A stretch of 64,000 bases of DNA from Spirochaetia bacterium (GTDB lineage: Bacteria > Spirochaetota > Spirochaetia > SZUA-6 > Bin103). Below the pieces are notes generated by a model. That model worked only from the letters and a program-made list of their open reading frames with translations. It was not told the origin of the DNA and did not search any database. The stretch covers positions 608,001 to 672,000 of the forward strand of contig CBDBOV010000005.1 in the NCBI GenBank assembly GCA_965208575.1. The letters are read 5' to 3'. A program made the translations under genes and the position numbers. Of this stretch, positions 10,012 to 19,702 are shown one piece after another; within the stretch, counting starts at the first letter, position 1; each line of letters starts with the position of its first letter.

Positions 10012-10979
10012 GCCAGCCCGGTGGGTATGGGAACCTGCTGCAGGATGCGCTCCACCACCTGCGCCGGCGACAGGTTCTCCATGCGCGCCTCGGCGGACAG
10101 CACCACGCGGTGGGTGAGCACGATGCCGGCGACCGCCATCACGTCTTCCGGCATCACGTAGTCGCGCCCGGTAATCAGCGCTTCCGCTTGCGCCGCCATC
10201 ATGATGTGCTGCGATGCGCGCGGGCTGATGCCGAGACGCAGCAGCGGGCTGGAGCGGGTCTGGTTGGCGACGCCGATGATGAAGCGGCGCACGTCGGGCG
10301 ACACGGTCACCGAGCGCACCACGTTGCGCAGATCGATCACGTCCCGCGGGTTCACCACCGGCTGCAACTCGTGCAGCGGATCGGAGCCGTACTGGTCCAG
10401 GATGCGCACCTCGTCGTCGCTGTGCGGATAGCCGATCGACAGGGAGATGCCGAACCGGTCGAGCTCACCCTCGGGCAGGTGGAACACGCCAATGAAGGTC
10501 ACCGGGTTCTGCGTGGCGATCACGAAGAATGGATCGGGCAGCCGGTAGGTGGTGCCGTCGACCGTCACCGAGCCCTCCTGCATCGCCTCCAGCAGGCTCG
10601 ACTGGGTACGCGGCGAGGCGCGGTTGATCTCGTCCGCCAGGATGAACTGGTGCATGATGGCGCCCTGCTTGAACTCGAACTGGCGTGACTCGTTGTTCCA
10701 CACCGTCATGCCCACGATGTCGCCGGGCAGCAGGTCGGGAGTGAACTGGATGCGTCCGTAGTCGGTGCCGGTGCTCGCCGCCAGGCAGCGCGCCAGCGTC
10801 GTCTTGCCGACCCCGGGAACATCCTCGATCAGGACGTGCAGGCCGGCGATGAAGCCGATCAGCATGTGGCGAACCTGTCGCTGCTTGCCGACAAATACCT
10901 CGCTGACGTTGTGCTCGATGGCCCGTACCTGCTCGCAGTAGGGCGAGATGTCCCGCTGTTGCATGCTGAAGTGTAACAT
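10008..10979 (-). CDS. moxR: MoxR family AAA+ ATPase
   Basis: HVLIEDVPGVGKT, RIQFTPDLLPGD, LADEINRASPRTQSSLLEAM, ATQNP. Confidence 0.95.
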   Translation of the reverse strand: MLHFSMQQRDISPYCEQVRAIEHNVSEVFVGKQRQVRHMLIGFIAGLHVLIEDVPGVGKTTLARCLAASTGTDYGRIQFTPDLLPGDIVGMTVWNNESRQFEFKQGAIMHQFILADEINRASPRTQSSLLEAMQEGSVTVDGTTYRLPDPFFVIATQNPVTFIGVFHLPEGELDRFGISLSIGYPHSDDEVRILDQYGSDPLHELQPVVNPRDVIDLRNVVRSVTVSPDVRRFIIGVANQTRSSPLLRLGISPRASQHIMMAAQAEALITGRDYVMPEDVMAVAGIVLTHRVVLSAEARMENLSPAQVVERILQQVPIPTGLA

Positions 10980-11135
10980 GGCGCATCAGCGCCGGTTGGA
11001 CAAGCGGCGCTGGGCGCCGAGGGGACGCCGCGCTACCCGGTCACAGGAGCCGGCTTACCGAGACGGCGACGTGAACGAGCGGATTCGTTGACCAGCGTGC
11101 GAGCGCGGCAGTACGCTGAAGCACAACTGGTCGCC

Positions 11136-12380
11136 ATGCTTTCCGTCTCCGAAGTCGATTCCCTGCTGACCGACCGCACCGCGGTGCTGCCCGCCGAACC
11201 GTGCGCGCTGGCCGGCTCGGTGGGGCGCGTCCTGCGCGAGTCCGTTCGCGCCGACCGCGACCTGCCGCCGCATGACCGGGTGACCATGGACGGAATCGCC
11301 GTCGCCTCGGCAGCGCTGCAGCGAGGCGGCCGCCCGCTGCGCATTGAGGGCGAGGCGCGCGCCGGCGACCGGCGGCAGCAATTGCGCGACGCCGGCGACG
11401 GCGCCCTGCGCGTCATGACCGGCGCCGTGCTGCCGGCGGGCAGCGACACGGTAGTCCGCAGCGAAGACCTGCGCAGCGAAGGCGAGCGCGTATGGCTGCA
11501 GCCCGAAGACCTGATCGTGCCGGGGCAGAACGTGCACCGGCAGGGCTCCGACACGCGCGCCGGAACCACCGTGCTTGCCCCCGGGCGGCGCATCTCTCCC
11601 GCCGACGTCGCCGTGCTCGCGTCGGTGGGCCGCGCCGAGGTGGCGGTCGGGCGGCGGCCGCGGGTTGCCGTGATCTCCACCGGCGACGAACTGGTCGACG
11701 TGGGCCGGCCGATCGCCGCCCACCAGGTGCGCCGCTCCAACATCTACGTGGTGGCGACCGCGCTCACCGGTCTCGGCTACCAGGTGGACGCCCGCCACCT
11801 GCCCGACGATCCCGACCGGCTCACCGACGGGGTGGAGGCCGCGCTCGCCGGCCACGACGTGCTGATCACCACCGGAGCGGTGTCCAAGGGCAGCGCCGAC
11901 TTTCTGCCCGGGGTGTACCGCCGGCTCGGTGCGGAGCGCTACCTGCACGGCGTGCGGCAGCGGCCGGGCAAGCCGCTGTGGATCGGCGGCACCGGCGACG
12001 GACGGCGCGTGTTCGCCCTGCCCGGCAACCCGGTGTCGGTGATGATGTGCCTGTACCGCTACGTGGTGCCATACCTGGCCGCCGCCGAGGGAGCCGCGCC
12101 GGCGCCGCCGCTGCACGCCGCCCTCGCCGAGGAGGTGCGCTTCCCGCCGCCGCTGACCCTGTTCCTGCCGGTGCTGCTGACCGCCGCCGGCGGCACGCTC
12201 GCCGCCCGCCCGGCGCCGGCGCAGAACTCCGGCGACTTCCTGGCCCTGGTGGGCACCGACGGCTTCCTGGAGCTGGCGGCCGGGCAGGCGCGGTTCGCCG
12301 CCGGCAGCGTGCTGCCCCTGTACCCGTGGCAGCCCCTGGCCTGGGGCGCCGGCGGCGGAGGCGGAGGCGGAGCGTCGTGA
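11136..12380 (+). CDS. moeA: Molybdopterin molybdotransferase
   Basis: TMDGIA, VMTGAVLP, STGDEL, RPGKP, LPGNPVS. Confidence 0.95.
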   Translation: MLSVSEVDSLLTDRTAVLPAEPCALAGSVGRVLRESVRADRDLPPHDRVTMDGIAVASAALQRGGRPLRIEGEARAGDRRQQLRDAGDGALRVMTGAVLPAGSDTVVRSEDLRSEGERVWLQPEDLIVPGQNVHRQGSDTRAGTTVLAPGRRISPADVAVLASVGRAEVAVGRRPRVAVISTGDELVDVGRPIAAHQVRRSNIYVVATALTGLGYQVDARHLPDDPDRLTDGVEAALAGHDVLITTGAVSKGSADFLPGVYRRLGAERYLHGVRQRPGKPLWIGGTGDGRRVFALPGNPVSVMMCLYRYVVPYLAAAEGAAPAPPLHAALAEEVRFPPPLTLFLPVLLTAAGGTLAARPAPAQNSGDFLALVGTDGFLELAAGQARFAAGSVLPLYPWQPLAWGAGGGGGGGAS

Positions 12381-13405
12381 GCGGGACTGCCGTGCGCGAC
12401 GCGTTCAGCCGTCCGTTGCGCGACCTGCGCATCTCGGTGATCGACCGCTGCAACTTCCGCTGCCCCTACTGCATGCCGAAGGAGACCTACGGCGACGACT
12501 ACCAGTTCCTGCCGCCCGCCGACTACCTCACGTTCGCCGAGGTGACGCGGCTGGTGCGCCTGTTCGTGGCCCACGGCGTCACCAAGGTGCGCCTGACCGG
12601 CGGCGAGCCGCTGCTGCGCCCGCGCCTGCCGGAGCTGGTCGCCGCGCTGGCGCGGATTCCCGGCATCGAAGACCTCGCCCTGACCACCAACGGCTACCGG
12701 CTGGCCCAACACGCCGACGCGCTGCACGCCGCCGGGTTGCGCCGCGTCACCGTCAGCCTCGACTCGGTCGACCCGGACGTGTTCGCGCGCATGAACGGGC
12801 TCGGCATCGCGATCGACCGCGTGCTCGCCGGCATCGCCCGCGCGCAGCAGGTGGGGCTGGCGCCGGTCAAGCTCAACGCGGTGGTGCAGCGCGGCGTCAA
12901 CGACCACACGGTACTGGACCTGGTGCGCCGCTTCGCCGGCGAAGCGATGGCGATCCGTTTCATCGAGTACATGGACGTCGGCAACCGCAACGGCTGGGAC
13001 CCGGCCGGCGTGGTGCCGAGCGCCGAGCTGAAAGCCGTGATCGAGGAGGAATTCGCCCTGCTGCCGGTGGCGGCCGCCTACCGCGGCGAGGTGGCGCAGC
13101 GCTACCGCATTGCCGGCACCGCGACCGAGGTGGGTTTCGTGTCCTCCATCTCGCAGCCGTTCTGCAGCGACTGCAGCCGCGCCCGGCTGTCGACCGACGG
13201 CCACTTCTACACCTGCCTGTTCGCCTGGCAGGGCACCGACCTGCGCACCCCGTTGCGCGCCGGCGCCGGCGACCGCGATCTCTCCGACCTGCTCGCCGGC
13301 GTGTGGCGGCGGCGCGTCGACCGCTACTCGGAAGAGCGCGCCGAGGTGACCCGCTTCGAGCGCAACCGGGAGCGCAAGATCGAGATGTACCAGATCGGCG
13401 GGTAG
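12377..13405 (+). CDS. moaA: GTP 3',8-cyclase
   Basis: LRISVIDRCNFRCPYCMP radical-SAM motif, FCSDCSRARL, C-terminal MYQIGG; GTGA overlap with moeA. Confidence 0.96.
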   Translation: MSGTAVRDAFSRPLRDLRISVIDRCNFRCPYCMPKETYGDDYQFLPPADYLTFAEVTRLVRLFVAHGVTKVRLTGGEPLLRPRLPELVAALARIPGIEDLALTTNGYRLAQHADALHAAGLRRVTVSLDSVDPDVFARMNGLGIAIDRVLAGIARAQQVGLAPVKLNAVVQRGVNDHTVLDLVRRFAGEAMAIRFIEYMDVGNRNGWDPAGVVPSAELKAVIEEEFALLPVAAAYRGEVAQRYRIAGTATEVGFVSSISQPFCSDCSRARLSTDGHFYTCLFAWQGTDLRTPLRAGAGDRDLSDLLAGVWRRRVDRYSEERAEVTRFERNRERKIEMYQIGG

Positions 13406-13414
13406 GGCAGGGCA

Positions 13415-13930
13415 ATGCGCAACAGCGGCGCCGGGCCGCAAGGCACACTCACCCACGTTTCGCCGGCCGGGCAACCGGCGATGGTCGACGTCGGCGCCAA
13501 GCCGCGCAGCGCGCGCCGCGCCCGCGCCCGCGCCGAGGTATACCTGCCGCCGCCGGTGCGTGCGTTGCTGCGCGACGGCGAGTTGCACGGCGCCAAGGGG
13601 CCGGTGTTCCAGACCGCCATCACCGCCGGCGTCATGGCCGCCAAGAAGACCAGCGAGTTGATCCCCCTGTGCCACCCGATCGGCCTCGACCGCTGCGACC
13701 TGACCGTGGAGCTCGACGCCGCCGGCAACGCCGTGGTGACCTGCGTCGCCGCGGTTGAGCACAAGACCGGGGTCGAGATGGAGGCGCTCACCGGCGCCGC
13801 GGTGGCCGCGCTCACCATCTACGACATGTGCAAGGCGGTGTCGCACGACATCGCGATCCGCGAGGTGCGGCTCATGGAGAAGAGCGGCGGCAAGAGCGAC
13901 TACCGCGCTCCGGGGGCGGACCGTGGCTGA
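13415..13930 (+). CDS. moaC: Cyclic pyranopterin monophosphate synthase
   Basis: MVDVGAK, LIPLCHP, TGVEMEALT, IYDMCKAV. Confidence 0.96.
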   Translation: MRNSGAGPQGTLTHVSPAGQPAMVDVGAKPRSARRARARAEVYLPPPVRALLRDGELHGAKGPVFQTAITAGVMAAKKTSELIPLCHPIGLDRCDLTVELDAAGNAVVTCVAAVEHKTGVEMEALTGAAVAALTIYDMCKAVSHDIAIREVRLMEKSGGKSDYRAPGADRG

Positions 13931-14183
13931 GCGCGCCGCCGTGCGCGAGGTGCGGGTGAGCTATTTCGCGCTGTTGCGCGACGAGACCGGGCGCGACGAG
14001 GAACAGGTGGCGACCGCCGGCGCCACCGCCGGCGAGCTGTACGCCCAGTTGCAGGAGCGGTACCGCCTCTCGCTGCCGCGGGAACGGCTGCGGGTGGCGA
14101 TCAACGCCAGCTTCGCCGAGTGGGACACCGCGCTCGCCGATGGTGACGTGGTGGTGTTCATTCCCCCGGTCGCGGGCGGATGA
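13923..14183 (+). CDS. moaD: Molybdopterin synthase sulfur carrier subunit
   Basis: VSYFALLRD...VAIN...FIPPVAGG C-terminus. Confidence 0.93.
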   Translation: MAERAAVREVRVSYFALLRDETGRDEEQVATAGATAGELYAQLQERYRLSLPRERLRVAINASFAEWDTALADGDVVVFIPPVAGG

Positions 14184-14205
14184 ACCGGGCGCAAGGAGCA
14201 GCACG

Positions 14206-14703
14206 ATGAGCGATACCAGGATGAGCGATACCATGCAGGCGGCCAGCTTCGCCCTGACCGACGCCGCGATCGCTCCGGAGCGCCTCAAGGCGCGCCTCGA
14301 GCATCCGGCCGCCGGGGCGCTGGCCACCTTCGAGGGTTGGGTGCGCAACCACGCCGACGGCCGCGCCGTCCACCTGCTGGAGTACCAGGTCTACCGGGAA
14401 CTGGCGCAGGCGGAGGGAACGCGGGTGCTGGCGGAGGCGTTGGCGCGGTTCGACGTAATCGCCGCGCACTGTACGCACCGTTCGGGTATACTGCACGTAG
14501 GCGATATAGCGGTGTGGGTCGGCGTGGCGGCGGCGCATCGCGGCGCGGCGTTCGACGCCTGCCGCTATATCATCGACGAGATCAAGCGGCGCCTGCCGAT
14601 CTGGAAGCGCGAAACCTACGCCGGGGGCGACTCCGGCTGGGTCAACTGCCAGGTCGACGGGGCGCAGCGTGCGACCAGCGGAGGAAACGATGGCGCAGAG
14701 TAA
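14206..14703 (+). CDS. moaE: Molybdopterin synthase catalytic subunit
   Basis: GALATFEGWVRN, AAHRGAAF, IDEIKRRLPIWKRE. Confidence 0.95.
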   Translation: MSDTRMSDTMQAASFALTDAAIAPERLKARLEHPAAGALATFEGWVRNHADGRAVHLLEYQVYRELAQAEGTRVLAEALARFDVIAAHCTHRSGILHVGDIAVWVGVAAAHRGAAFDACRYIIDEIKRRLPIWKRETYAGGDSGWVNCQVDGAQRATSGGNDGAE

Positions 14704-15664
14704 GCGGAAAGAGTACGAAGCCGGCATCAAGTGGTGGGACATCACCGACCGCGAGCACTACATCGGCCGGCGCGAGTTCATGCGCAAGGCCGGCACGGTG
14801 GCGGCGGGCGTCGGCCTCGCTACCGCGGCACCCGGCTTCGTACAGCGCGCGTTCGCGCAAAGCGGAGCGTTCCCCGGTCTGCCCGGCAGCAAGTACGACA
14901 CCGACGAAGAGCAGAACACGCTCAAGCAGGCCACCACCTACAACAACTTCTGGGAGTTCGGCGCCGGCAAGAACGACCCGGCGCGCAACGCCAAGAAATT
15001 CGTCACCGCACCGTGGGAGATCAGCATCGGCGGATTGCTCGCCAACCCGGTGAAGATCGACGTGTCCGACGTCATCGCGCGCTACCGCGACAAGCTGGAG
15101 CAGCGCATCTACCGCATGCGCTGCGTGGAGGCGTGGTCGATGGTGATTCCCTGGGTCGGATTTCCCCTGCACGAACTGATCAAGGACTACCAGCCCGATT
15201 CCGCGGCGAAGTACATGCGCTTCGAGACCTTGTGGGACCCGGACCAGATGCGCAAGGCGGCGCGCTCCATCCAGTATCCCTACGTCGAGGGGCTGCGCAT
15301 GGACGAGGCGATGAACGATCTCACGCTGGTCACCGTGGGCATGTACGGCGACGTGCTGCAGAATCCCAACGGCCCGCCGATCAAGATCGTCATACCGTGG
15401 AAGTACGGCTTCAAGAGCATCAAGAGCATCAACAAGATCGAGTTCGTTGCCGACGAGCCGGTGAACACCTGGAAGAAGGCGCAGCCGCGCGAGTACGGGT
15501 TCTACTCCAACGTGAACCCGGAGCGCCCGCACCCGCGCTGGAGTCAGGCCACCGAGCGCCGCATCGGCGAGCGCGGGCGGCGCGAGACGCTCAAGTTCAA
15601 CGGTTACGGCGAGTGGGTGGCCTCGATGTACCAGGGGATGGACCTGGTCGAACGATACTACTAG
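14690..15664 (+). CDS. msrP: Protein-methionine-sulfoxide reductase catalytic subunit (Tat-exported)
   Basis: GRREFMRK Tat motif, TYNNFWEFG, RIYRMRCVEAWSMVIPW, PWKYGFKSIK. Confidence 0.96.
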   Translation: MAQSKRKEYEAGIKWWDITDREHYIGRREFMRKAGTVAAGVGLATAAPGFVQRAFAQSGAFPGLPGSKYDTDEEQNTLKQATTYNNFWEFGAGKNDPARNAKKFVTAPWEISIGGLLANPVKIDVSDVIARYRDKLEQRIYRMRCVEAWSMVIPWVGFPLHELIKDYQPDSAAKYMRFETLWDPDQMRKAARSIQYPYVEGLRMDEAMNDLTLVTVGMYGDVLQNPNGPPIKIVIPWKYGFKSIKSINKIEFVADEPVNTWKKAQPREYGFYSNVNPERPHPRWSQATERRIGERGRRETLKFNGYGEWVASMYQGMDLVERYY

Positions 15665-15687
15665 GCCTCACCGAGGCGGGGGAGCGT

Positions 15688-16317
15688 ATGGCGGACGCGA
15701 AACCGAAACGGCGCAACCCGATGCAGGTGGCCAAGCGGGCCAAGCTGGTCATACTGCCGCTGGCGATGGTGCCGCTGGCCGTCGCGCTGCTGCGCTATCT
15801 GGGCGACCAGTTCGGCGGCAACGCCATCGAGGCGTTCACCCTGGACACCGGCAACTGGGGCATCCGCCTGCTCCTGGTCACCCTCGCCATCACCCCGCTG
15901 CGCGAGCTGACCGGCTGGAACTGGCTCATCACCTACCGCCGCCCCATGGGGCTGGCGGCGTTCTACTACGTCTGCGTGCACCTGCTGGTGTACCTGTACC
16001 TCGACTTCAACTTCGAGTTTCAGTACATCATTCCCGACCTGTCGCAGTCGATATACGTGGTGGTGGGCTTCGCCGGGTTCCTGCTGCTGATACCGCTGGC
16101 GCTCACCTCCACCAACGGCTGGATCCGCGCCCTCGGCAAGCGCTGGCGCACCCTGCACCGGCTCGGTTACGCGGCGCTGATCCTGGGCGTGGTCCACTAC
16201 CTGCTGCAGATCAAGGAGATCAGCTTCCAGCTCTGGTTCTACATCATCGCCGGCGGCGTGCTGCTCGCCTACCGCGTCGTAGCGCCCGTCCTGAAGCGCT
16301 CCGCCAGCCGCAAGTAG
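15688..16317 (+). CDS. msrQ: MsrPQ heme-binding membrane subunit
   Basis: TLAITPLR, RRPMGLAAFYYVCVH, LALTS, WRTLHRLGY. Confidence 0.94.
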   Translation: MADAKPKRRNPMQVAKRAKLVILPLAMVPLAVALLRYLGDQFGGNAIEAFTLDTGNWGIRLLLVTLAITPLRELTGWNWLITYRRPMGLAAFYYVCVHLLVYLYLDFNFEFQYIIPDLSQSIYVVVGFAGFLLLIPLALTSTNGWIRALGKRWRTLHRLGYAALILGVVHYLLQIKEISFQLWFYIIAGGVLLAYRVVAPVLKRSASRK

Positions 16318-16340
16318 TCCGCCTTGAGCTCCGGTCGGTA

Positions 16341-18131
16341 TCAACGGAACTTGACCGTCGTGACATACGAACAGTTGTTCGCCATGTTGGTTTCCCCGCG
16401 CACCGCGTCCACGCACATGACGTAGTAGTACTCCCCGGCGGTCGCCGGTGCCTGAAACCTCACGTTCCCGATGAACGACGGCCCGTTGAGGCGAAAAACC
16501 AACTCCGGCACGTCGACCTCACCCACCTGTGTGCCGGCGGACGGTTTGCTCGTCCGATCCGGCAACAGGAGGAGACGCAACGTCGTCGCCTCGGACGGGC
16601 TCCCTTCGTTCCGCACAGGAACGCCCCACAACCTCGACCCTCCGACAGGCAATTCGCGCGCCACCGCCCACCCGCCGAGATCCATGTCCGGTCGGTAGTG
16701 AGAGACCTCGATCCTCACCGCCGTCGAGCAGGGGTTCGCCGTAGCGGGCGCTCCCGTCGGCACGTCCGCGCACGCACCGTAGTAGTACACCCCCTTGCTT
16801 GACGGAGCCTTTACGTTCGCGTACGATCTGTCGCCCGAGCGCGTCCAACGGCGGGCAAATTGCGAGTCGGACGGTGTGATGGTCGCATCCGTTGAAAGGT
16901 AGAAGCGCAGTGCCGTAGGCGTTGGCGAACCGCCGAATTTGTGCACCACCGCCCACAAGCGGAAGAACCCTCCGATGGCCGGACTGCTCGTGCTCGCCCA
17001 GATCCGGTTGACCACCGGCTCGGGCTCCGGCTCCGGCTCCGGCGCCGTCTCCTGTACCGGCACCGGCTCCGGCGCCGTCTCCTGTACGGGCTCCGGCTCG
17101 GGCGCCGTCTCCTGTACGGGCTCCGGCTCGGGCTCCGTCTCCTGTACGGGCTCCGGCTCGGGCGCCGTCTCCTGTACGGGCTCCGGCTCGGGCGCCGTCT
17201 CCTGTACGGGCTCCGGCTCGGGCTCCGGCTCGGGCTCCGGCTCCGGCTCGGGCTCGGGCTCGGGCTCGGGCTCCGGCTCCGGCTCCGGCTTCGGCACGAT
17301 GACGCGGACTGCTGCCGAACAGTTATTCGCGATGCCGGATTCTCGCGCCACCGGGTCGGCGCAGGCGCCGTAGTAGGAGGTTCCGGGAGTCGACGGGGCG
17401 GTCACCGTGACCGACTCGACCATGCTCGCCGACGCCGCCAGCCCCGCCACCGTGGCGGCGATCACCTCGTCGTCGGATGGCGTGATCGTCTCATCGTCCG
17501 AACGGTAGACGCGCAGCGTCGTCGCAGCGGCATGTGCATCCCCCGCGTTGCGCACCGAGGCCGAGAACGTGAAGCTCGCCCCGGCGGCCGGGCTTTCGTC
17601 GCTCACGGACGGCATCTCCACCACCAGATCCGGCTGCGGCGATGCCGGCTCCGTATCCTGCGCCTGCACGATCACGCGGACTGCTGCCGAACAGTTGTTC
17701 GCGGTGGCGGATTCTCCCGCCACCGGGTCGGCGCAGGCGCCGTAGTAGGAGGTTCCGGGAGTCGACGCCGCCGTCACCGTCACCGTCACGGCGCGGCTCG
17801 CCGAGGCCGCCAGGGCCGCCACAGAGGCGTCGCTCACCTTCTCGTCTACGGCGGGCGTGATCGTCTCATCGTCCGAACGGTAGACGTGCAGCGTCGTGGC
17901 CGCCGCGTCTCCGCTCCCGGTGTTGCGCACCGAGGCGGAGAACATGATGCTCGCCCCGGCGGTCGGGCGGTTGTCGCTCACCTCGGGTTCTTCCACCACC
18001 AGATCCGGATGAGCCGTGCCCGGACCTCCACCGCAACTCGCCAGCGCAATGCATGCCGGCACGACGAGCGCGCTGCACACGACCGACCGCTTGCCGGAGC
18101 GGCGAATGGTCGACTTGGTGTGCCGCGGCAT
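16341..18131 (-). CDS. CARDB/Ig-like repeat lipoprotein G1 (4 domains, PE-rich linker)
   Basis: LASC lipobox; PDLVV...YYGAC...ES..ANNCS domains; ATG overlaps the G2 stop (TGATG). Confidence 0.85.
   Translation of the reverse strand: MPRHTKSTIRRSGKRSVVCSALVVPACIALASCGGGPGTAHPDLVVEEPEVSDNRPTAGASIMFSASVRNTGSGDAAATTLHVYRSDDETITPAVDEKVSDASVAALAASASRAVTVTVTAASTPGTSYYGACADPVAGESATANNCSAAVRVIVQAQDTEPASPQPDLVVEMPSVSDESPAAGASFTFSASVRNAGDAHAAATTLRVYRSDDETITPSDDEVIAATVAGLAASASMVESVTVTAPSTPGTSYYGACADPVARESGIANNCSAAVRVIVPKPEPEPEPEPEPEPEPEPEPEPEPEPEPVQETAPEPEPVQETAPEPEPVQETEPEPEPVQETAPEPEPVQETAPEPVPVQETAPEPEPEPEPVVNRIWASTSSPAIGGFFRLWAVVHKFGGSPTPTALRFYLSTDATITPSDSQFARRWTRSGDRSYANVKAPSSKGVYYYGACADVPTGAPATANPCSTAVRIEVSHYRPDMDLGGWAVARELPVGGSRLWGVPVRNEGSPSEATTLRLLLLPDRTSKPSAGTQVGEVDVPELVFRLNGPSFIGNVRFQAPATAGEYYYVMCVDAVRGETNMANNCSYVTTVKFR
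17015..17295. repeat. Coding tandem repeat: (PE)n hexamers plus 30-bp [10 protein letters not shown] units
   Basis: ggctcc/ggctcg runs and repeated ggcgccgtctcctgtacgggctccggctcg. Confidence 0.95.
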
Positions 18132-19702
18132 CAACGGAATTCGATTGCGGTGGTCCGCGAACAGTTGTTGGACGTGTCCGATTCCCCGGACACCGCGTCG
18201 ACGCACGCGACGTAGTGATACCACCCGGCGGTCGAAGGTGCCTGGAACACCACATACTGCCTGGAGGACGCCGGCCAGGCCTGCGTCACAACCAGCGCCG
18301 GCACGCCGGACATTCCCACCTGCGTGCCGGCGGACGGTGCGCTCGTCCGATGCGGCAACCGGAGCACGCGCAACGTCGTCGCCACGGACGGGCCCCCGGG
18401 GTTGGACACGTCAATTGCCACCCGGAGCGACTCTCCGGGAGGCCGAGGGAGCCACACGGGCCACGAGTTGACCCGCAGGTCCGGCTTGTTGTGCGACACT
18501 TCGACCCTCGTTGCCGGCGAGCAGTTGTTCGTCGTGTCGGACTCCCCTGCGGCCGCGTCCACGCACGCGCCGTAGAAGTACACCCCATTGCTCGACGGCG
18601 TCTTCACGTACACGGGCACGTACACTTCCCGATTGTACCGGTTGGTGCCCAACCACATCCCGCGGGCGGTCAATTGCGTGTCGGACGGCGTGATGGTCGT
18701 GTCCGTTGATCGGTAGAAGCGCAGCGTCGTCTCCAACGCCGTGGTCGGACCGCGGTTGCGTACCTCCGCCGACAACTCGAACACACCGCCGATGGCGGGA
18801 TTGGCGTTGTCCACCCAAGGTCCGGCAAGAATCAGGTCCAACCGCGGCGCCTGTGACGCCCCCGGCGCCCGCGACGCCCCCGGCGTCCTGACCTGCACGT
18901 GCACCGAGCAGTTGTTCGCCGTGTCGGACTCTTTCGCCAGCGCGTGCACGCACGCGCCGTAGTAGTACGTCCGGGAACTCGACGGAGCGCTCAGCTCCAC
19001 CGACGCGACGATGCTCTCCGAGGCCGCCAGGGCCGCCACCGTGGCGTCGCCCACCTGCTTGTCGGCGGGCGTGATCATCGCATCATCCGACCGGTAGAAG
19101 CTCAGCGTCGTGGCCGCCGCGTCTCCGCCCCCGGCGTTGCGCACCGTGGCCCGGAACGTGAAGCTTGTCCCGGCGGGCGGTGCGTCGGAGCTCACGGTGG
19201 GAGGCTCCACCACCAGATCCGGCAGCGGCGCGGCCGGCTCGGTATCCTGCACCGGCACGATGACCCGGACCGTTGCCGAACAGTTGTTCTCGGTACCGGA
19301 TTCTCCCGCCACCGGCTCGACGCATGCACCGTAGTAGGAGGTTCCTGGAGTCGACGCCGCCGTCACCGTCACCGACACGCCGCGGCTCGCCGAGGCCGCC
19401 AGCCCCGCCACCGTGGCGGCGATCACCTCGTCGTCGGATGGCGTGATCGTCTCATCATCCGAACGGTAGACGCGCAGCGTCGTGGCCGCCGCGTCTCCGC
19501 CGCCGGTGTTGCGCACTGTGGCCGAGAACGTGAAGCTTGCCCCGGCGGCCGGGCGGTTCTCGCTCACCAAAGGAGATTCCACCACCAGGTCCGGCTGGCC
19601 GACCCCCGGACCGCCGCGGCAACTCGCCAGTGCAATGCATGCCAGCGCGACAGACGCGCTGAGCGCGACCCACGATCGACTCGGAGCGGTGGAAAACGGC
19701 AT
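18131..19702 (-). CDS. CARDB/Ig-like repeat lipoprotein G2 (4 domains)
   Basis: Starts [10 protein letters not shown]...LASC; TAATG coupling to G3; the longer ORF-track start overlaps G3. Confidence 0.85.
   Translation of the reverse strand: MPFSTAPSRSWVALSASVALACIALASCRGGPGVGQPDLVVESPLVSENRPAAGASFTFSATVRNTGGGDAAATTLRVYRSDDETITPSDDEVIAATVAGLAASASRGVSVTVTAASTPGTSYYGACVEPVAGESGTENNCSATVRVIVPVQDTEPAAPLPDLVVEPPTVSSDAPPAGTSFTFRATVRNAGGGDAAATTLSFYRSDDAMITPADKQVGDATVAALAASESIVASVELSAPSSSRTYYYGACVHALAKESDTANNCSVHVQVRTPGASRAPGASQAPRLDLILAGPWVDNANPAIGGVFELSAEVRNRGPTTALETTLRFYRSTDTTITPSDTQLTARGMWLGTNRYNREVYVPVYVKTPSSNGVYFYGACVDAAAGESDTTNNCSPATRVEVSHNKPDLRVNSWPVWLPRPPGESLRVAIDVSNPGGPSVATTLRVLRLPHRTSAPSAGTQVGMSGVPALVVTQAWPASSRQYVVFQAPSTAGWYHYVACVDAVSGESDTSNNCSRTTAIEFR

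Noticed and set aside
17015-17295. Possible CRISPR array
   Set aside because: Contiguous in-frame coding repeats with no unique spacers and no cas genes
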